A stretch of 64,000 bases of DNA from a phage, in sequence record PZ445524.1; one strand, given 5' to 3'. The notes below the pieces were generated by a model. That model had not been told where the DNA came from, ran no database searches, and saw only the letters and a list, made by a program, of their open reading frames with translations. The translations under genes and the position numbers were made by a program. Each line of letters opens with the position of its first letter. Position 1 is the stretch's first letter. This document shows, piece by piece, positions 9,952 to 19,478 of the stretch.

Positions 9952-11765
9952 TGGTGTTTAACCCTATGCATGATTTCTTTATTTTTGCCGAGATTAAATC
10001 CGCGTTCGTTCGGATTTCCCAAATAACCACACGTTCTTCTTATTGTGTTCATCTTTTTAGGATCAGTTTCTCCACAAATAGAACAAACAAATCCGTTTTC
10101 AGTAGGAGTCATTTCATGGGTACTTCCACATGTAAAACATTTATCTACTGGCATATTAACACCAAAATAATCTAAATGTTGTGCAGCATAATCCCACACG
10201 GCCTCAAGACCTTTCAAGTTATTTTTCATATCAGGAAGTTCAACATAAGAAATGTGACCACCTGTCGCAATGAAATGATATGGCGCTTCACGAGAAATCT
10301 TTTCAAACGGAGTAATATTTTCTTCTACTGAAACATGGAAACTGTTAGTGTACCAACCTTTATCGGTAACATCTTTTACGCTTCCATATTTTTCTGTATC
10401 GAGTTTACAGAAGCGATAACAAAGGTTTTCAGCAGGAGTCGAATATAAACTAAAAGCAAATCCAGTTCTTTCAGTCCACTGTTTAAGACGAGCATTCATT
10501 TTAGTTAAAATTTCTCGTCCAATATCACGACCGGCAAGAATATTCAATTCGTGAATACCAATGTATCCTAAAGACACTGAACTTCTACCGTTTTTAAATA
10601 ACTCAATTATGTCGTCATCAGGTTTAAGACGAACCCCGAATGCACCTTCTTGGTAAAGAATAGGAGCAACAGTAGCTTTAACTCCTTTTAAGGAACTAAT
10701 TCTACACATCAAAGCTTCAAAACATAAATCCATTCGTTCATTAAATAGCTCAACAAATTTCTGTTCATTGAACTGTGTTCCAATATAAGAATCTAACGCG
10801 ATGCGAGGAAGATTCAGTGTTACAACACCAAGATTATTACGTCCATCAAGAATTTCATTACCAGTCGAATCTTTCCATACGCTCAAGAAACTACGGCATC
10901 CCATCGGAGAAACAGGAACAGATGAACCAGTGATAGCTTTATTGTTCTTAGCTGAAATAATATCAGGATACATCCTTTTGCTTGCACACTCTAGAGCAAG
11001 CTGCTTAATATCATAGTTCGGATCATCTTTATAAAGATTAACACCTTCTTCGACGAACATAACAAGCTTAGGGAAAATAGGAGTTATCCCATCACGACCA
11101 AGACCTTTAATACGATTTTTCAGAATTGCTTTCTGAATCATTCGTTCAGTCCAGTCAGTTCCCGTACCAAATGTAATTGTTACAAAAGGTGTTTGCCCGT
11201 TTGAACTAAAGAGAGTATTTACTTCATATTCATAAGCTTGGAATGCATCGTATACGTCTTTTTCTGTTTTAGATTGAGCATAATTCAACGCATCAGCGAT
11301 TTGCCATTTTTCTGCATCTTCAATATGTTTTGCATAGGTGCGTTTAACATAAGGAGAAAGTACTTTATCTACATTCGCAAAAGTCGTTCCGCCGTATTGG
11401 TGAGAAGCAACCTGTGCAGTAATTTGTGCCATAATTGCAGTAGCAACACCGATTGATTTAGGAGTTTCAATCTGCGCATTACCAAGCTTAAATCCGTTCT
11501 CAAGCATTCCTTTTAAATCTACTAAACAGCAATTAGTAAATGGAAGAGCAGGGGAATAATCAATATCATGGAAATGAATAATTCCGCTTTCATGCGCTTT
11601 CATAATAAAAGACGGGACCATATTTTTGGCAATGTGTTTAGACACAATACCAGCCATAAGGTCCCGTTGAGTTGGAAAAACACGAGAATCTTTATTAGCA
11701 TTCTCGTTTAAAAGGTCTTTATTAGTTTTATGAATCAATCCTTCAATTTCTTTTTCAATTGTCAT
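9948..11765 (-). CDS. nrdD: anaerobic (class III) ribonucleotide reductase, uninterrupted
   Basis: 605 aa; C-terminal glycyl radical motif RTCGYLG and Zn-ribbon cysteines; contiguous ORF without intron. Confidence 0.95.
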   Translation of the reverse strand: MTIEKEIEGLIHKTNKDLLNENANKDSRVFPTQRDLMAGIVSKHIAKNMVPSFIMKAHESGIIHFHDIDYSPALPFTNCCLVDLKGMLENGFKLGNAQIETPKSIGVATAIMAQITAQVASHQYGGTTFANVDKVLSPYVKRTYAKHIEDAEKWQIADALNYAQSKTEKDVYDAFQAYEYEVNTLFSSNGQTPFVTITFGTGTDWTERMIQKAILKNRIKGLGRDGITPIFPKLVMFVEEGVNLYKDDPNYDIKQLALECASKRMYPDIISAKNNKAITGSSVPVSPMGCRSFLSVWKDSTGNEILDGRNNLGVVTLNLPRIALDSYIGTQFNEQKFVELFNERMDLCFEALMCRISSLKGVKATVAPILYQEGAFGVRLKPDDDIIELFKNGRSSVSLGYIGIHELNILAGRDIGREILTKMNARLKQWTERTGFAFSLYSTPAENLCYRFCKLDTEKYGSVKDVTDKGWYTNSFHVSVEENITPFEKISREAPYHFIATGGHISYVELPDMKNNLKGLEAVWDYAAQHLDYFGVNMPVDKCFTCGSTHEMTPTENGFVCSICGETDPKKMNTIRRTCGYLGNPNERGFNLGKNKEIMHRVKHQ

Positions 11766-12235
11766 TTTAAACTCTTTCTAAGCTGCTTCTTGAATGAAGC
11801 TATTAATTGTGTTTTGGTGTCAGATTCATTATATTCAAATCCTCTTTGAAGCATCTCGGCCATCATTTCCTCTTTTCCTAAACGAGAAAATTCCTTTGAT
11901 TTATCTCCAACAAAGTTAGGGTGAATATTATTTTGGGTGTAATCGGATTTTAAATAAGTAAGTAAATTTTCTAACCATTCAAGATAATCAACACCTTGTC
12001 CCTTTAAGCCAGAACGATTAAATTTATGCTTCATTTGACCTTCTGCGGCATTGCATAGATTACAAAGCAATCCACGTACCTTTCCTGCTTTTGGTCCATT
12101 TAATTCATGGTCATGATCGAGGTGATTAGCTTGAACATCAGGATTTAGTTCTCGTTGGCAAATTAAGCATTTACCGTTTTGTGCATCATAAAATTTCTGT
12201 TTTTCTTCTTTATATAATTTGCCAGTCAATAACAT
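11762..12235 (-). CDS. 49: endonuclease VII (Holliday junction resolvase)
   Basis: 157 aa; Cys-rich N-terminus (CLICQ ... CNLCN) and His cluster; T4 length and position. Confidence 0.9.
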   Translation of the reverse strand: MLLTGKLYKEEKQKFYDAQNGKCLICQRELNPDVQANHLDHDHELNGPKAGKVRGLLCNLCNAAEGQMKHKFNRSGLKGQGVDYLEWLENLLTYLKSDYTQNNIHPNFVGDKSKEFSRLGKEEMMAEMLQRGFEYNESDTKTQLIASFKKQLRKSLK

Positions 12236-12276
12236 AATAAACCCTTACCTTAAATAGATAAGGGTATTTATTATTT

Positions 12277-12762
12277 TCAAGTATTGTAAAACATTTGATG
12301 CAATCGCTTATATTGCCGAATCTTTTGGTCAGAAAAAGAAATTTGAGTTTCAAGCCATTCAATATATTCTGCCGCAGCTTGCATCAAATTTCCTTCGTAA
12401 TCATCAATATCTTTTTTCAACGCCGATTTAGCTAATGCGTATGAAATACGTTCACCTTGAAAACCGGCTTTAGGCTTCTGAATAACTTGATTAGTTCGCT
12501 CTACAACTTCTTCAATTTCGCCATTTTCGACTGATTCAGTATTCCACAAGCACCAATACGTAATTGGCTTATCATAGATGTTAATAATCTTTCCATCAGA
12601 AAGTTCAATTTCAATAATTCCAGTATCAGGTTCTATATCATCTTCACATTCTTTTGCAAGTTCACGAACTTTAAAGACAGTACCTGCACTAAGTTCCGGC
12701 CAGTAATTACACAGCCCTATATCAGCACGATTAATTCTAAACCACTTATCTACTGTAATCAT
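12277..12762 (-). CDS. pin: probable Lon protease inhibitor Pin
   Basis: 161 aa from internal Met; position downstream of 49 as in T4. Confidence 0.6.
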   Translation of the reverse strand: MITVDKWFRINRADIGLCNYWPELSAGTVFKVRELAKECEDDIEPDTGIIEIELSDGKIINIYDKPITYWCLWNTESVENGEIEEVVERTNQVIQKPKAGFQGERISYALAKSALKKDIDDYEGNLMQAAAEYIEWLETQISFSDQKIRQYKRLHQMFYNT

Positions 12763-12884
12763 GTCCCATCTCCATATCAATTAAGTCATTTATTGTAGGT
12801 TCATTGTATACTGTTTCTTCATCAGTGTAAACCGGTTCTTCCGGCTCTGGCTCTACAGTTTCCCATCTAGCCGCCCACCAGGGT

Positions 12885-13055
12885 TTAACCCCGAAGCTTA
12901 TTAAGTTCTTCATAATCAATCCAGGATTCTAATCCTGATGGCAAATCAGATTCAATTTCCCAAAGAAGTTCTTCAATTTTATGAAGACGATCTAATTCTT
13001 CAGCTGGAATAGTAACCATTGATGGAGTTCTTGATACACTAATATCGTAAATCAT
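12885..13055 (-). CDS. hypothetical small protein (49.x)
   Basis: ORF trimmed to ATG 13053-13055. Confidence 0.4.
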   Translation of the reverse strand: MIYDISVSRTPSMVTIPAEELDRLHKIEELLWEIESDLPSGLESWIDYEELNKLRG

Positions 13056-13057
13056 AT

Positions 13058-13273
13058 TTACCCCAGTTTGACCATGCAATCGCCGTATTTCCACTTAGAA
13101 ATAGACTTTTCGCCATTAGAATAATAAACTTCGAGTTTAGCACGATTATTTTTAATTTGAATAACCTTGGCTGTCATCAAAGTTCCATATCCATAGTAAA
13201 CTGCAACTTCATCACCTACATATACCGCGCTTCCGCGGTAATCATGGATATAATCAGTTCCTTCGAGCATCAT
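13058..13273 (-). CDS. hypothetical protein (49.x)
   Basis: 71 aa ORF. Confidence 0.5.
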   Translation of the reverse strand: MMLEGTDYIHDYRGSAVYVGDEVAVYYGYGTLMTAKVIQIKNNRAKLEVYYSNGEKSISKWKYGDCMVKLG

Positions 13274-13533
13274 TTAAAGTATTCCCGCAATTGGTCAAAT
13301 CCACCAATATGACTTCCATCAGGAGCAAATACCTGAGGCATTGTCAAGCCGATTTGAGTATCACGACCTAGTTTAGTCAGAAGCTCAGCAATTTTCTCAT
13401 CATCAAAAACACCTTTTTCCGGCATAATGTTGATAAATTCAAACGGCTGTTTCTTCACAGTCAAAAGACGTTTTGCATTATCGCAATACACACATTTATG
13501 GATGTTGCTATCATAACCATATACTTTAAACAT
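13270..13533 (-). CDS. nrdC: thioredoxin/glutaredoxin NrdC
   Basis: 87 aa; CVYC active site; T4 length. Confidence 0.9.
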   Translation of the reverse strand: MFKVYGYDSNIHKCVYCDNAKRLLTVKKQPFEFINIMPEKGVFDDEKIAELLTKLGRDTQIGLTMPQVFAPDGSHIGGFDQLREYFK

Positions 13534-13534
13534 A

Positions 13535-13777
13535 TTATTCCTTAATTCCTAGTACTTGTTTAAAAGTCTCGTCGTAATCAAGACTTTGGCCCGTTTGTTC
13601 TTTATGTTTGTATATAATATCACTTACTTCTGATAGCATATTTTTATATGAACGAGTTAAAGCTGATTTAAGCACGCTGTATCTATCAGGAAATTTACCG
13701 TGTTCATTATAATAAGCTATTGCTAATTCACGGACTGCCTTTTCGGCAGTCTCCATATATTCTTTACGCTTGGTCAT
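13535..13777 (-). CDS. hypothetical protein (nrdC.1 position)
   Basis: 80 aa from internal Met [13 protein letters not shown]. Confidence 0.45.
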
Positions 13778-14060
13778 TTTCTTCTCGGTCAAATCGGTGT
13801 TTACAATGGCGACATTTATAACGAAGATTATTAGTCTGCCAATGGACCAATTGCACCTGTTCAGTTCCACATTCAGGGCAATTAGGAACGTATTTAGAAG
13901 CCCTTTCGCGACGTTTAACCATAGCCATAATGGCATCCCATGCTGGAGGTTTAAAATCTAAATCGTCAGTAACTAGCAGTCCTTTATCAAACCCAGCGCA
14001 TGGAGTCCATTCAGGAAAATCTGAAGCTTCGGCAATATCTTCTAATAGACGCTTTTTCAT
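13764..14060 (-). CDS. zinc-ribbon protein (nrdC.2 position)
   Basis: 98 aa; CPECG ... CRHCKH four-Cys zinc ribbon. Confidence 0.5.
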
Positions 14061-14983
14061 TTCAATACCTCAATAGCATTACGTAAACCATTTGCTTTTG
14101 CATTAAGAGCTTTTAACAATTTGGTGTGTTCTGCAATTTGGGCTTCAACTTCAATCAAACGAGCATTGAGATATTCGCGTTCTTCTTTCATAGTATCATT
14201 CCCATGATTGGATTTTGGTGTAGGTTTAAATTCACTAGGGTCCTTTAATTTAATAACAAATTTAGTTTCAAACAGTGAAAGACCATAATTCATATTATCA
14301 TCAAAGGATTTGACTACATCCATATCAGATAATAACACGCGTAAATTATAAGCCAAAGAACTAATAGTTTCATTGTGTTTATTAGCTTCGCGTGGTTTCA
14401 TATACGGAAGATTTTTATATATCTCGTGCGGAGCACAAATGATAATTGACAATTCAAATTGCCCATTCTGGGACGATGGAGTGAATTTAGCCGTAACCCA
14501 GTCTTTTACATTTACATTAATAGTACGGTTATCACCATGACAAAACAGTCTACGAGAATGCTTAAAAAGCATATTCACATTATTATTAAATTCGTGTGAA
14601 AATTCACTAGCAAATTTTTCTTTACTATCTTTAGAAAACCATTCTTCTAAATAAGTTCTTTTCACGTCGTTAATAATATTAAATGTAACAACACTAGCAT
14701 TTGATACATTAGTCTCAATGTAGCTTGGATACATAAATTTTTTAACATTATTAACAGCTATCACAGAAGATAGTAATCGGGAACGTTTGAACCACTCGAG
14801 CAAAGAACCAAGAGAATGTGAATATGCATTTTGTGTATCTTTACAAATATGGTTTTCCCATCCAATATAGTCTAAAAAATCACGAAGAATATTATTGATT
14901 ACTGCTCTGTGTCCTATCTGATAATTACGATGTTTAGTAATAAGACTGTCAAAATAATCAATATAATGTTTACGAGTTTTCAT
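14057..14983 (-). CDS. hypothetical protein with C-terminal coiled coil (family member 1)
   Basis: 308 aa; starts MKTR; C-terminal heptad region ...[33 protein letters not shown]. Confidence 0.55.
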   Translation of the reverse strand: MKTRKHYIDYFDSLITKHRNYQIGHRAVINNILRDFLDYIGWENHICKDTQNAYSHSLGSLLEWFKRSRLLSSVIAVNNVKKFMYPSYIETNVSNASVVTFNIINDVKRTYLEEWFSKDSKEKFASEFSHEFNNNVNMLFKHSRRLFCHGDNRTINVNVKDWVTAKFTPSSQNGQFELSIIICAPHEIYKNLPYMKPREANKHNETISSLAYNLRVLLSDMDVVKSFDDNMNYGLSLFETKFVIKLKDPSEFKPTPKSNHGNDTMKEEREYLNARLIEVEAQIAEHTKLLKALNAKANGLRNAIEVLK

Positions 14984-15035
14984 GTTCTTCTCACTTGGTT
15001 AATGATTTATACTCCGAGCCATCCTTGGCTTTAAA

Positions 15036-16037
15036 TTACTTAATTAACTGTAAAGCTTGTTCCAGACGATCAAGACGATTAACAGATTCTTCCCAAATCC
15101 TTTTAGCCTGCTCATATTCTTTCTGCGCTTTATTAGAAATTTCTAGAACTTCTTTATAAGCTTTTTCTAGTGCAATAACTTCTGGACGAATTTCTATCGG
15201 TTCAGGTGAATCATCAAGACATTCCATTAGTTCCTCAAGGGTAGTTTCTTCTTTAGGAGTATTCACAATTTCATCACATTTTTGTTGATAAATTTCTTTA
15301 TCAGTAGGTGAGTACGCGCACTTTACTTCACGAAGACTAATTACAATTTTATATCCTTCCCAACCGCATATATTCTTAAAAGGATAAGTATGAATATTTT
15401 CTACTGTTTCCATACAAAGTAATGCGGTCTCTAATTGACGAGTTATAGTGCTAGCAATTGAGAAAAATTTATTAATGTTCTTTTGGTTAGTTTCTGGTGT
15501 AAAAAATCCATAATTCACAAAAATAGATACTTTATTTTTATCAAGTTCATATTCTTTTATGATAATCATATCAGAAGCCAAAGGATGAATTTGACGATAA
15601 TCGCCATAACATAATTTAGAAGCTGATTTTAGAATCTGTCCTTTGAAAAGTCTGAAATTACTAATCCAACGACGAGTAAAAATATTCTCAGGGTCTTCTT
15701 TATTATTAAGATGATAAGAATTAACATCACCGAACCAATTATATCCTACTACATCTTTGGTTCGTTTAATTTCTTTCCCAAAATTACCAAGAATATCCCG
15801 ATTAACCAAATATGAAAGAAGACGAGACTCTTTAAAGGTTTTCTTGATAAGATCTTTATCTACACGGCTAGAAATTTTACGAATTTCATGAATAAATTTA
15901 GTAGAAGAAACAATACCTGCATCAACACTATTGAGCCATTGATTGATAATAGAAAGAACGCTATTTTGGCCAAACATCGGTATAGCTTTATCATCAATAA
16001 CGCTATTGAATGATTTGATATATTCGTTACGAGTCAT
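15036..16037 (-). CDS. hypothetical protein with C-terminal coiled coil (family member 2)
   Basis: Start set at internal ATG 16035-16037 with SD GGAG and promoter directly upstream; C-terminal coiled coil. Confidence 0.55.
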   Translation of the reverse strand: MTRNEYIKSFNSVIDDKAIPMFGQNSVLSIINQWLNSVDAGIVSSTKFIHEIRKISSRVDKDLIKKTFKESRLLSYLVNRDILGNFGKEIKRTKDVVGYNWFGDVNSYHLNNKEDPENIFTRRWISNFRLFKGQILKSASKLCYGDYRQIHPLASDMIIIKEYELDKNKVSIFVNYGFFTPETNQKNINKFFSIASTITRQLETALLCMETVENIHTYPFKNICGWEGYKIVISLREVKCAYSPTDKEIYQQKCDEIVNTPKEETTLEELMECLDDSPEPIEIRPEVIALEKAYKEVLEISNKAQKEYEQAKRIWEESVNRLDRLEQALQLIK

Positions 16038-16063
16038 ATTAATCTCCTCAGTAGAAAGTAAGA

Positions 16064-16094
16064 ACATTATACCACATCCTTGTGGCAAAGTAAA
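16064..16094 (-). promoter_or_regulatory. T4-type early promoter
   Basis: minus GTTTAC ... TGGTATAATG with about 17 bp spacer. Confidence 0.55.
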
Positions 16095-17120
16095 CTAGTT
16101 CAGTGCATTTAGTGCATTGTTCAGTTTAGAACGTTGCTTTGTCAGATTTTGAACCCTTGACTGAGCTTGTTTTAACACCTTTTCAGCTTCTAGCACTTCA
16201 TTGGTCGCTTTAACGAGTTCAGCATCTACTGCTTTAAGAGACTTCTCAATCGCATCTGCATGCCATTTTTCAACAGGTTTAAGACTCGGATTTTCAACAG
16301 GAAGAAAATTCACTTTATTGAATTTCCATGCATCTTTATTACCTGAACTATACATCCAAAATTTAGGATCGTTTGATAAGTAATTGGATAAATTTAAATT
16401 TAAGTTATCTTGCACTTCCTGCTTTTTCTCTTGCGGGACTTCGTCCTTTCTCAAAAATTCATATTTAAATGAAACGATCATATCAAGTTCATATGATGTT
16501 GTATCTAACTTAAATCGTTCAAAACGAGGTAAAATCTTAGATTGAACAGCAGCAACAACATCCATATACTTAAATGCTTCTGTCAACTGTGATTTAAGGC
16601 ATTCACAAATTGAAAGAGAATTTTTTGTATTAGGTTTAAAGCTAATTCGTGCAGTTCTATTATTTTCTTTTAACGGTCTTACTTCCATCTGAAGAGTATA
16701 ACCATCAAATTTCAGATTCTTTAAGTTAATATCAGAGCCTTTTAATCGACTAGCAGTAGACAAAATTTGCTTTAATTGTCTACGGAATAGAGCAATAAAT
16801 CTCCATTCAAGACGATAATGATTTGGATTGAAAAATCCAGATGATAAATCGACCTTACTTTGACCAACGCCTTGAACAAATAGAGGATTTTTATAATCAA
16901 TAGTTTTACAGAAATCGGTGAGCTGCTCACGAGCAGTCATTTGTGTAATATACCCCGCTTTACTAAAATGACGTAACCATTCACTGCTATTCATATATTT
17001 AAAGTGAATATCACGATTAACTTTATCAGGGTCTAAATTATTTTGGCACAAAAATGTCATAACATCACGAGTATAGCTGGCATTACGAACCATATCTTCA
17101 ATTTGAGAACGAGTTTTCAT
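16095..17120 (-). CDS. hypothetical protein with C-terminal coiled coil (family member 3)
   Basis: 341 aa; starts MKTR; C-terminal coiled coil. Confidence 0.55.
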   Translation of the reverse strand: MKTRSQIEDMVRNASYTRDVMTFLCQNNLDPDKVNRDIHFKYMNSSEWLRHFSKAGYITQMTAREQLTDFCKTIDYKNPLFVQGVGQSKVDLSSGFFNPNHYRLEWRFIALFRRQLKQILSTASRLKGSDINLKNLKFDGYTLQMEVRPLKENNRTARISFKPNTKNSLSICECLKSQLTEAFKYMDVVAAVQSKILPRFERFKLDTTSYELDMIVSFKYEFLRKDEVPQEKKQEVQDNLNLNLSNYLSNDPKFWMYSSGNKDAWKFNKVNFLPVENPSLKPVEKWHADAIEKSLKAVDAELVKATNEVLEAEKVLKQAQSRVQNLTKQRSKLNNALNALN

Positions 17121-17128
17121 GGTGTTCC

Positions 17129-18037
17129 TTAAGATTTAAGTAAATCAACAATTTTAATTAACTTTTCACGCTCAGATTTAGCTTTACTACTCAATCCAGA
17201 TAGTCTGAAAATTTCATCATCATATTGTTGAATAGAAATATTCAGCTCTTCAATCTGTTTATTAAAATAATCAATTTGTTCAGAATGTTTTTCGTTACTA
17301 CGAAATGGTACAAGTTTTGTAGGCAATTTAGTTGAACTGGATTCATTCGGGCGATAAATTAAAATGCAATTTGAACCAATCGGGCATTTAGCACCAGATG
17401 AATATTCTAACGTTCCAGCTTCTTTTAAAACTTCAAAAGCTAAACAGAGATGATGCCCCATATTAACATAATCTGTAGAGCGAGCTCTGATGTAATAATC
17501 ATCTCCACGAGTACTAAATTTAAAGCATTTAAGGTCTTCTGTATTATTGGTCTTAAAAATCATTTGTTTATCTAGACCTTTAGCTAATCGAGCACCTAAT
17601 GCTAATAATCGTCGTTGATTTTCCCACAAATCTGCGATCATTTGGTCGAATGATAATTTCGGCATTAGTCGGCCATAAAGGTCATATCCTTTATTATAAT
17701 TACGAAGGATTTCACTCGCGTTAATACGAGACAATGCTCCAATTTTATTAAGGGCTTTCATAATGCGATTAGATAAACTCATTCCAGACCCGTTTGTTCG
17801 CTGTAAATGTTTATCTAATCCAAACCCAATATCAACTTTAAATTTATCTAAAATTTCTGCATGAACATCTTTATCAATAACATTCAAATCCAAAGTTGGG
17901 TTAAATCTATGAAAAAATTTATCTGGCTCTCCACGACGAAGTACAGTCCATTCATTCAATTTTTTATTAACTAAAGATTTAATTACTGCATTGACATTAT
18001 TAATTACTACTGACATATTTTCCTCACTCAATTTCAA
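17129..18037 (-). CDS. hypothetical protein with C-terminal coiled coil (family member 4)
   Basis: 302 aa; C-terminal coiled coil. Confidence 0.55.
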   Translation of the reverse strand: MKLSEENMSVVINNVNAVIKSLVNKKLNEWTVLRRGEPDKFFHRFNPTLDLNVIDKDVHAEILDKFKVDIGFGLDKHLQRTNGSGMSLSNRIMKALNKIGALSRINASEILRNYNKGYDLYGRLMPKLSFDQMIADLWENQRRLLALGARLAKGLDKQMIFKTNNTEDLKCFKFSTRGDDYYIRARSTDYVNMGHHLCLAFEVLKEAGTLEYSSGAKCPIGSNCILIYRPNESSSTKLPTKLVPFRSNEKHSEQIDYFNKQIEELNISIQQYDDEIFRLSGLSSKAKSEREKLIKIVDLLKS

Positions 18038-18431
18038 TTTTACTAAATATACAGAATAAGATAGAACAGACTATATAAGCACCACACACAGATTGAACTA
18101 ATACCATTCCAAAGAACCAAACAATATTATCAAACCATGTCTGTTTTACGTCGAAAGGACGTAAACTTACAGTAATATTATCACCTTTTTCTATTGAAGA
18201 ATACATCTCCGGTGAAATATATTCGCTAAATCTATAACCGTCTTTGAGTTCATATACAGCAATAAACGATAAACTAGACCCCTTTCCTTGAGTTCCTGTA
18301 AGGGTATTAACTACAGTAACATCATAATCTTTATAATGCATATAATCATTAATTGCGTAATAACCATATGCAATTACTATACATAAACAACATATCAATA
18401 AATTCAATCTTTTAATTATCAACTGTTTCAT
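18024..18431 (-). CDS. membrane protein
   Basis: 135 aa; N-terminal and C-terminal hydrophobic helices. Confidence 0.5.
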   Translation of the reverse strand: MKQLIIKRLNLLICCLCIVIAYGYYAINDYMHYKDYDVTVVNTLTGTQGKGSSLSFIAVYELKDGYRFSEYISPEMYSSIEKGDNITVSLRPFDVKQTWFDNIVWFFGMVLVQSVCGAYIVCSILFCIFSKIEIE

Positions 18432-18486
18432 AATAATCTCAATTAAAAGGGCTTAGAACCATTATACCATCCTTGGTATAAAGCGG

Positions 18487-19014
18487 TTATGCGAGTACCG
18501 TCTTTAACCGTTCTTCAAACTTCCGAAGAGTGTTCTGGCGTTCAGCTCTTTGCTTTTTGTAAGTTTCAATACGCTCTGAAATGAGAGTGTATCGTTCATT
18601 TACTGATTCTTTCATAAAATCAGGAATTTCACGAGAAGCTTTAATCTCATCAAATTTATCAATAACAGCTTGCTCTTCAGCAATTAAGTTATCATACATC
18701 AAAATATCTTTCTTGATGAACTCAATATCTTCTTGAGTTACACGAGATAATTTAGATGCTTTATCCTTTTTGTACTGTTCATTAGTATCACGAGACCAGT
18801 GTAATGTACGATTTTTATTCGTATTTTTGTAAATTTCTACAATACCAATCTCATCGATAATAACGATCCAATTCCAACGAGATTTGTAAATTTGCCCTCC
18901 GTCAACCGTGATTTCACCTCCGATTGAGATGTCATTAAAGAACTTGCTTTGTGCTTCAGATTTAAATTTACCATCGTTGTAATTTACCAGGTTGAAAATA
19001 TCTTTAGCGTTCAT
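18487..19014 (-). CDS. hypothetical protein
   Basis: 175 aa; SD GGAGGAAC and early promoter upstream. Confidence 0.55.
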   Translation of the reverse strand: MNAKDIFNLVNYNDGKFKSEAQSKFFNDISIGGEITVDGGQIYKSRWNWIVIIDEIGIVEIYKNTNKNRTLHWSRDTNEQYKKDKASKLSRVTQEDIEFIKKDILMYDNLIAEEQAVIDKFDEIKASREIPDFMKESVNERYTLISERIETYKKQRAERQNTLRKFEERLKTVLA

Positions 19015-19042
19015 TTTGTGTTCCTCCGTAGTTGATAGTTGT

Positions 19043-19073
19043 ATAGTACCACAGAGGAACAGTCTTGTAAACC
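19043..19073 (-). promoter_or_regulatory. T4-type early promoter with conserved leader
   Basis: minus GTTTAC ... GGTACTATACAACTATCAACTACGGAGGAA. Confidence 0.55.
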
Positions 19074-19074
19074 A

Positions 19075-19389
19075 CTAAAAGAAACTTCTTTCACAATTTT
19101 TTCCACTGAACCACGCGCTCACTGCTTTCTTAGTCTCAGGAGCAGTGTTATCCATAAACCATTCAAAGGCAGCCTTTTTATGATTCTGGAGGGCTTCTCG
19201 GGCTTTAATCTGCTCACGGTCTATTAACACTAACATATGAGCCTTTCTTGTCACCAGGGGCTTCTTATGATTTTTTGAATACTCCCAATCATTTGTCCAT
19301 CGCATCGTTGTTGCGAATTGAAGTACAGCTTCTTTAATCTTAGTTTCGTAAATTTCACGAGCCTTTGAGTATAACATCATTACCTCCAT
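19075..19389 (-). CDS. hypothetical protein
   Basis: 104 aa ORF. Confidence 0.45.
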   Translation of the reverse strand: MEVMMLYSKAREIYETKIKEAVLQFATTMRWTNDWEYSKNHKKPLVTRKAHMLVLIDREQIKAREALQNHKKAAFEWFMDNTAPETKKAVSAWFSGKNCERSFF

Positions 19390-19478
19390 TTACCAGTTTA
19401 ATTCTAGTCATCTTTTTGATGGCAGTCCATATAATCTATTTCTGAACTGCCTTTTTGTCACAGAAGGCCTCTTATGAA

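Noticed and set aside
14992-15030. Late promoter call for GAGTATAAATC upstream of ORF 14057-14983
   Set aside because: TATAAATC is one mismatch from the late consensus TATAAATA and the gene sits in an early/middle block; recorded as part of the CCAAGGATGG motif finding instead.
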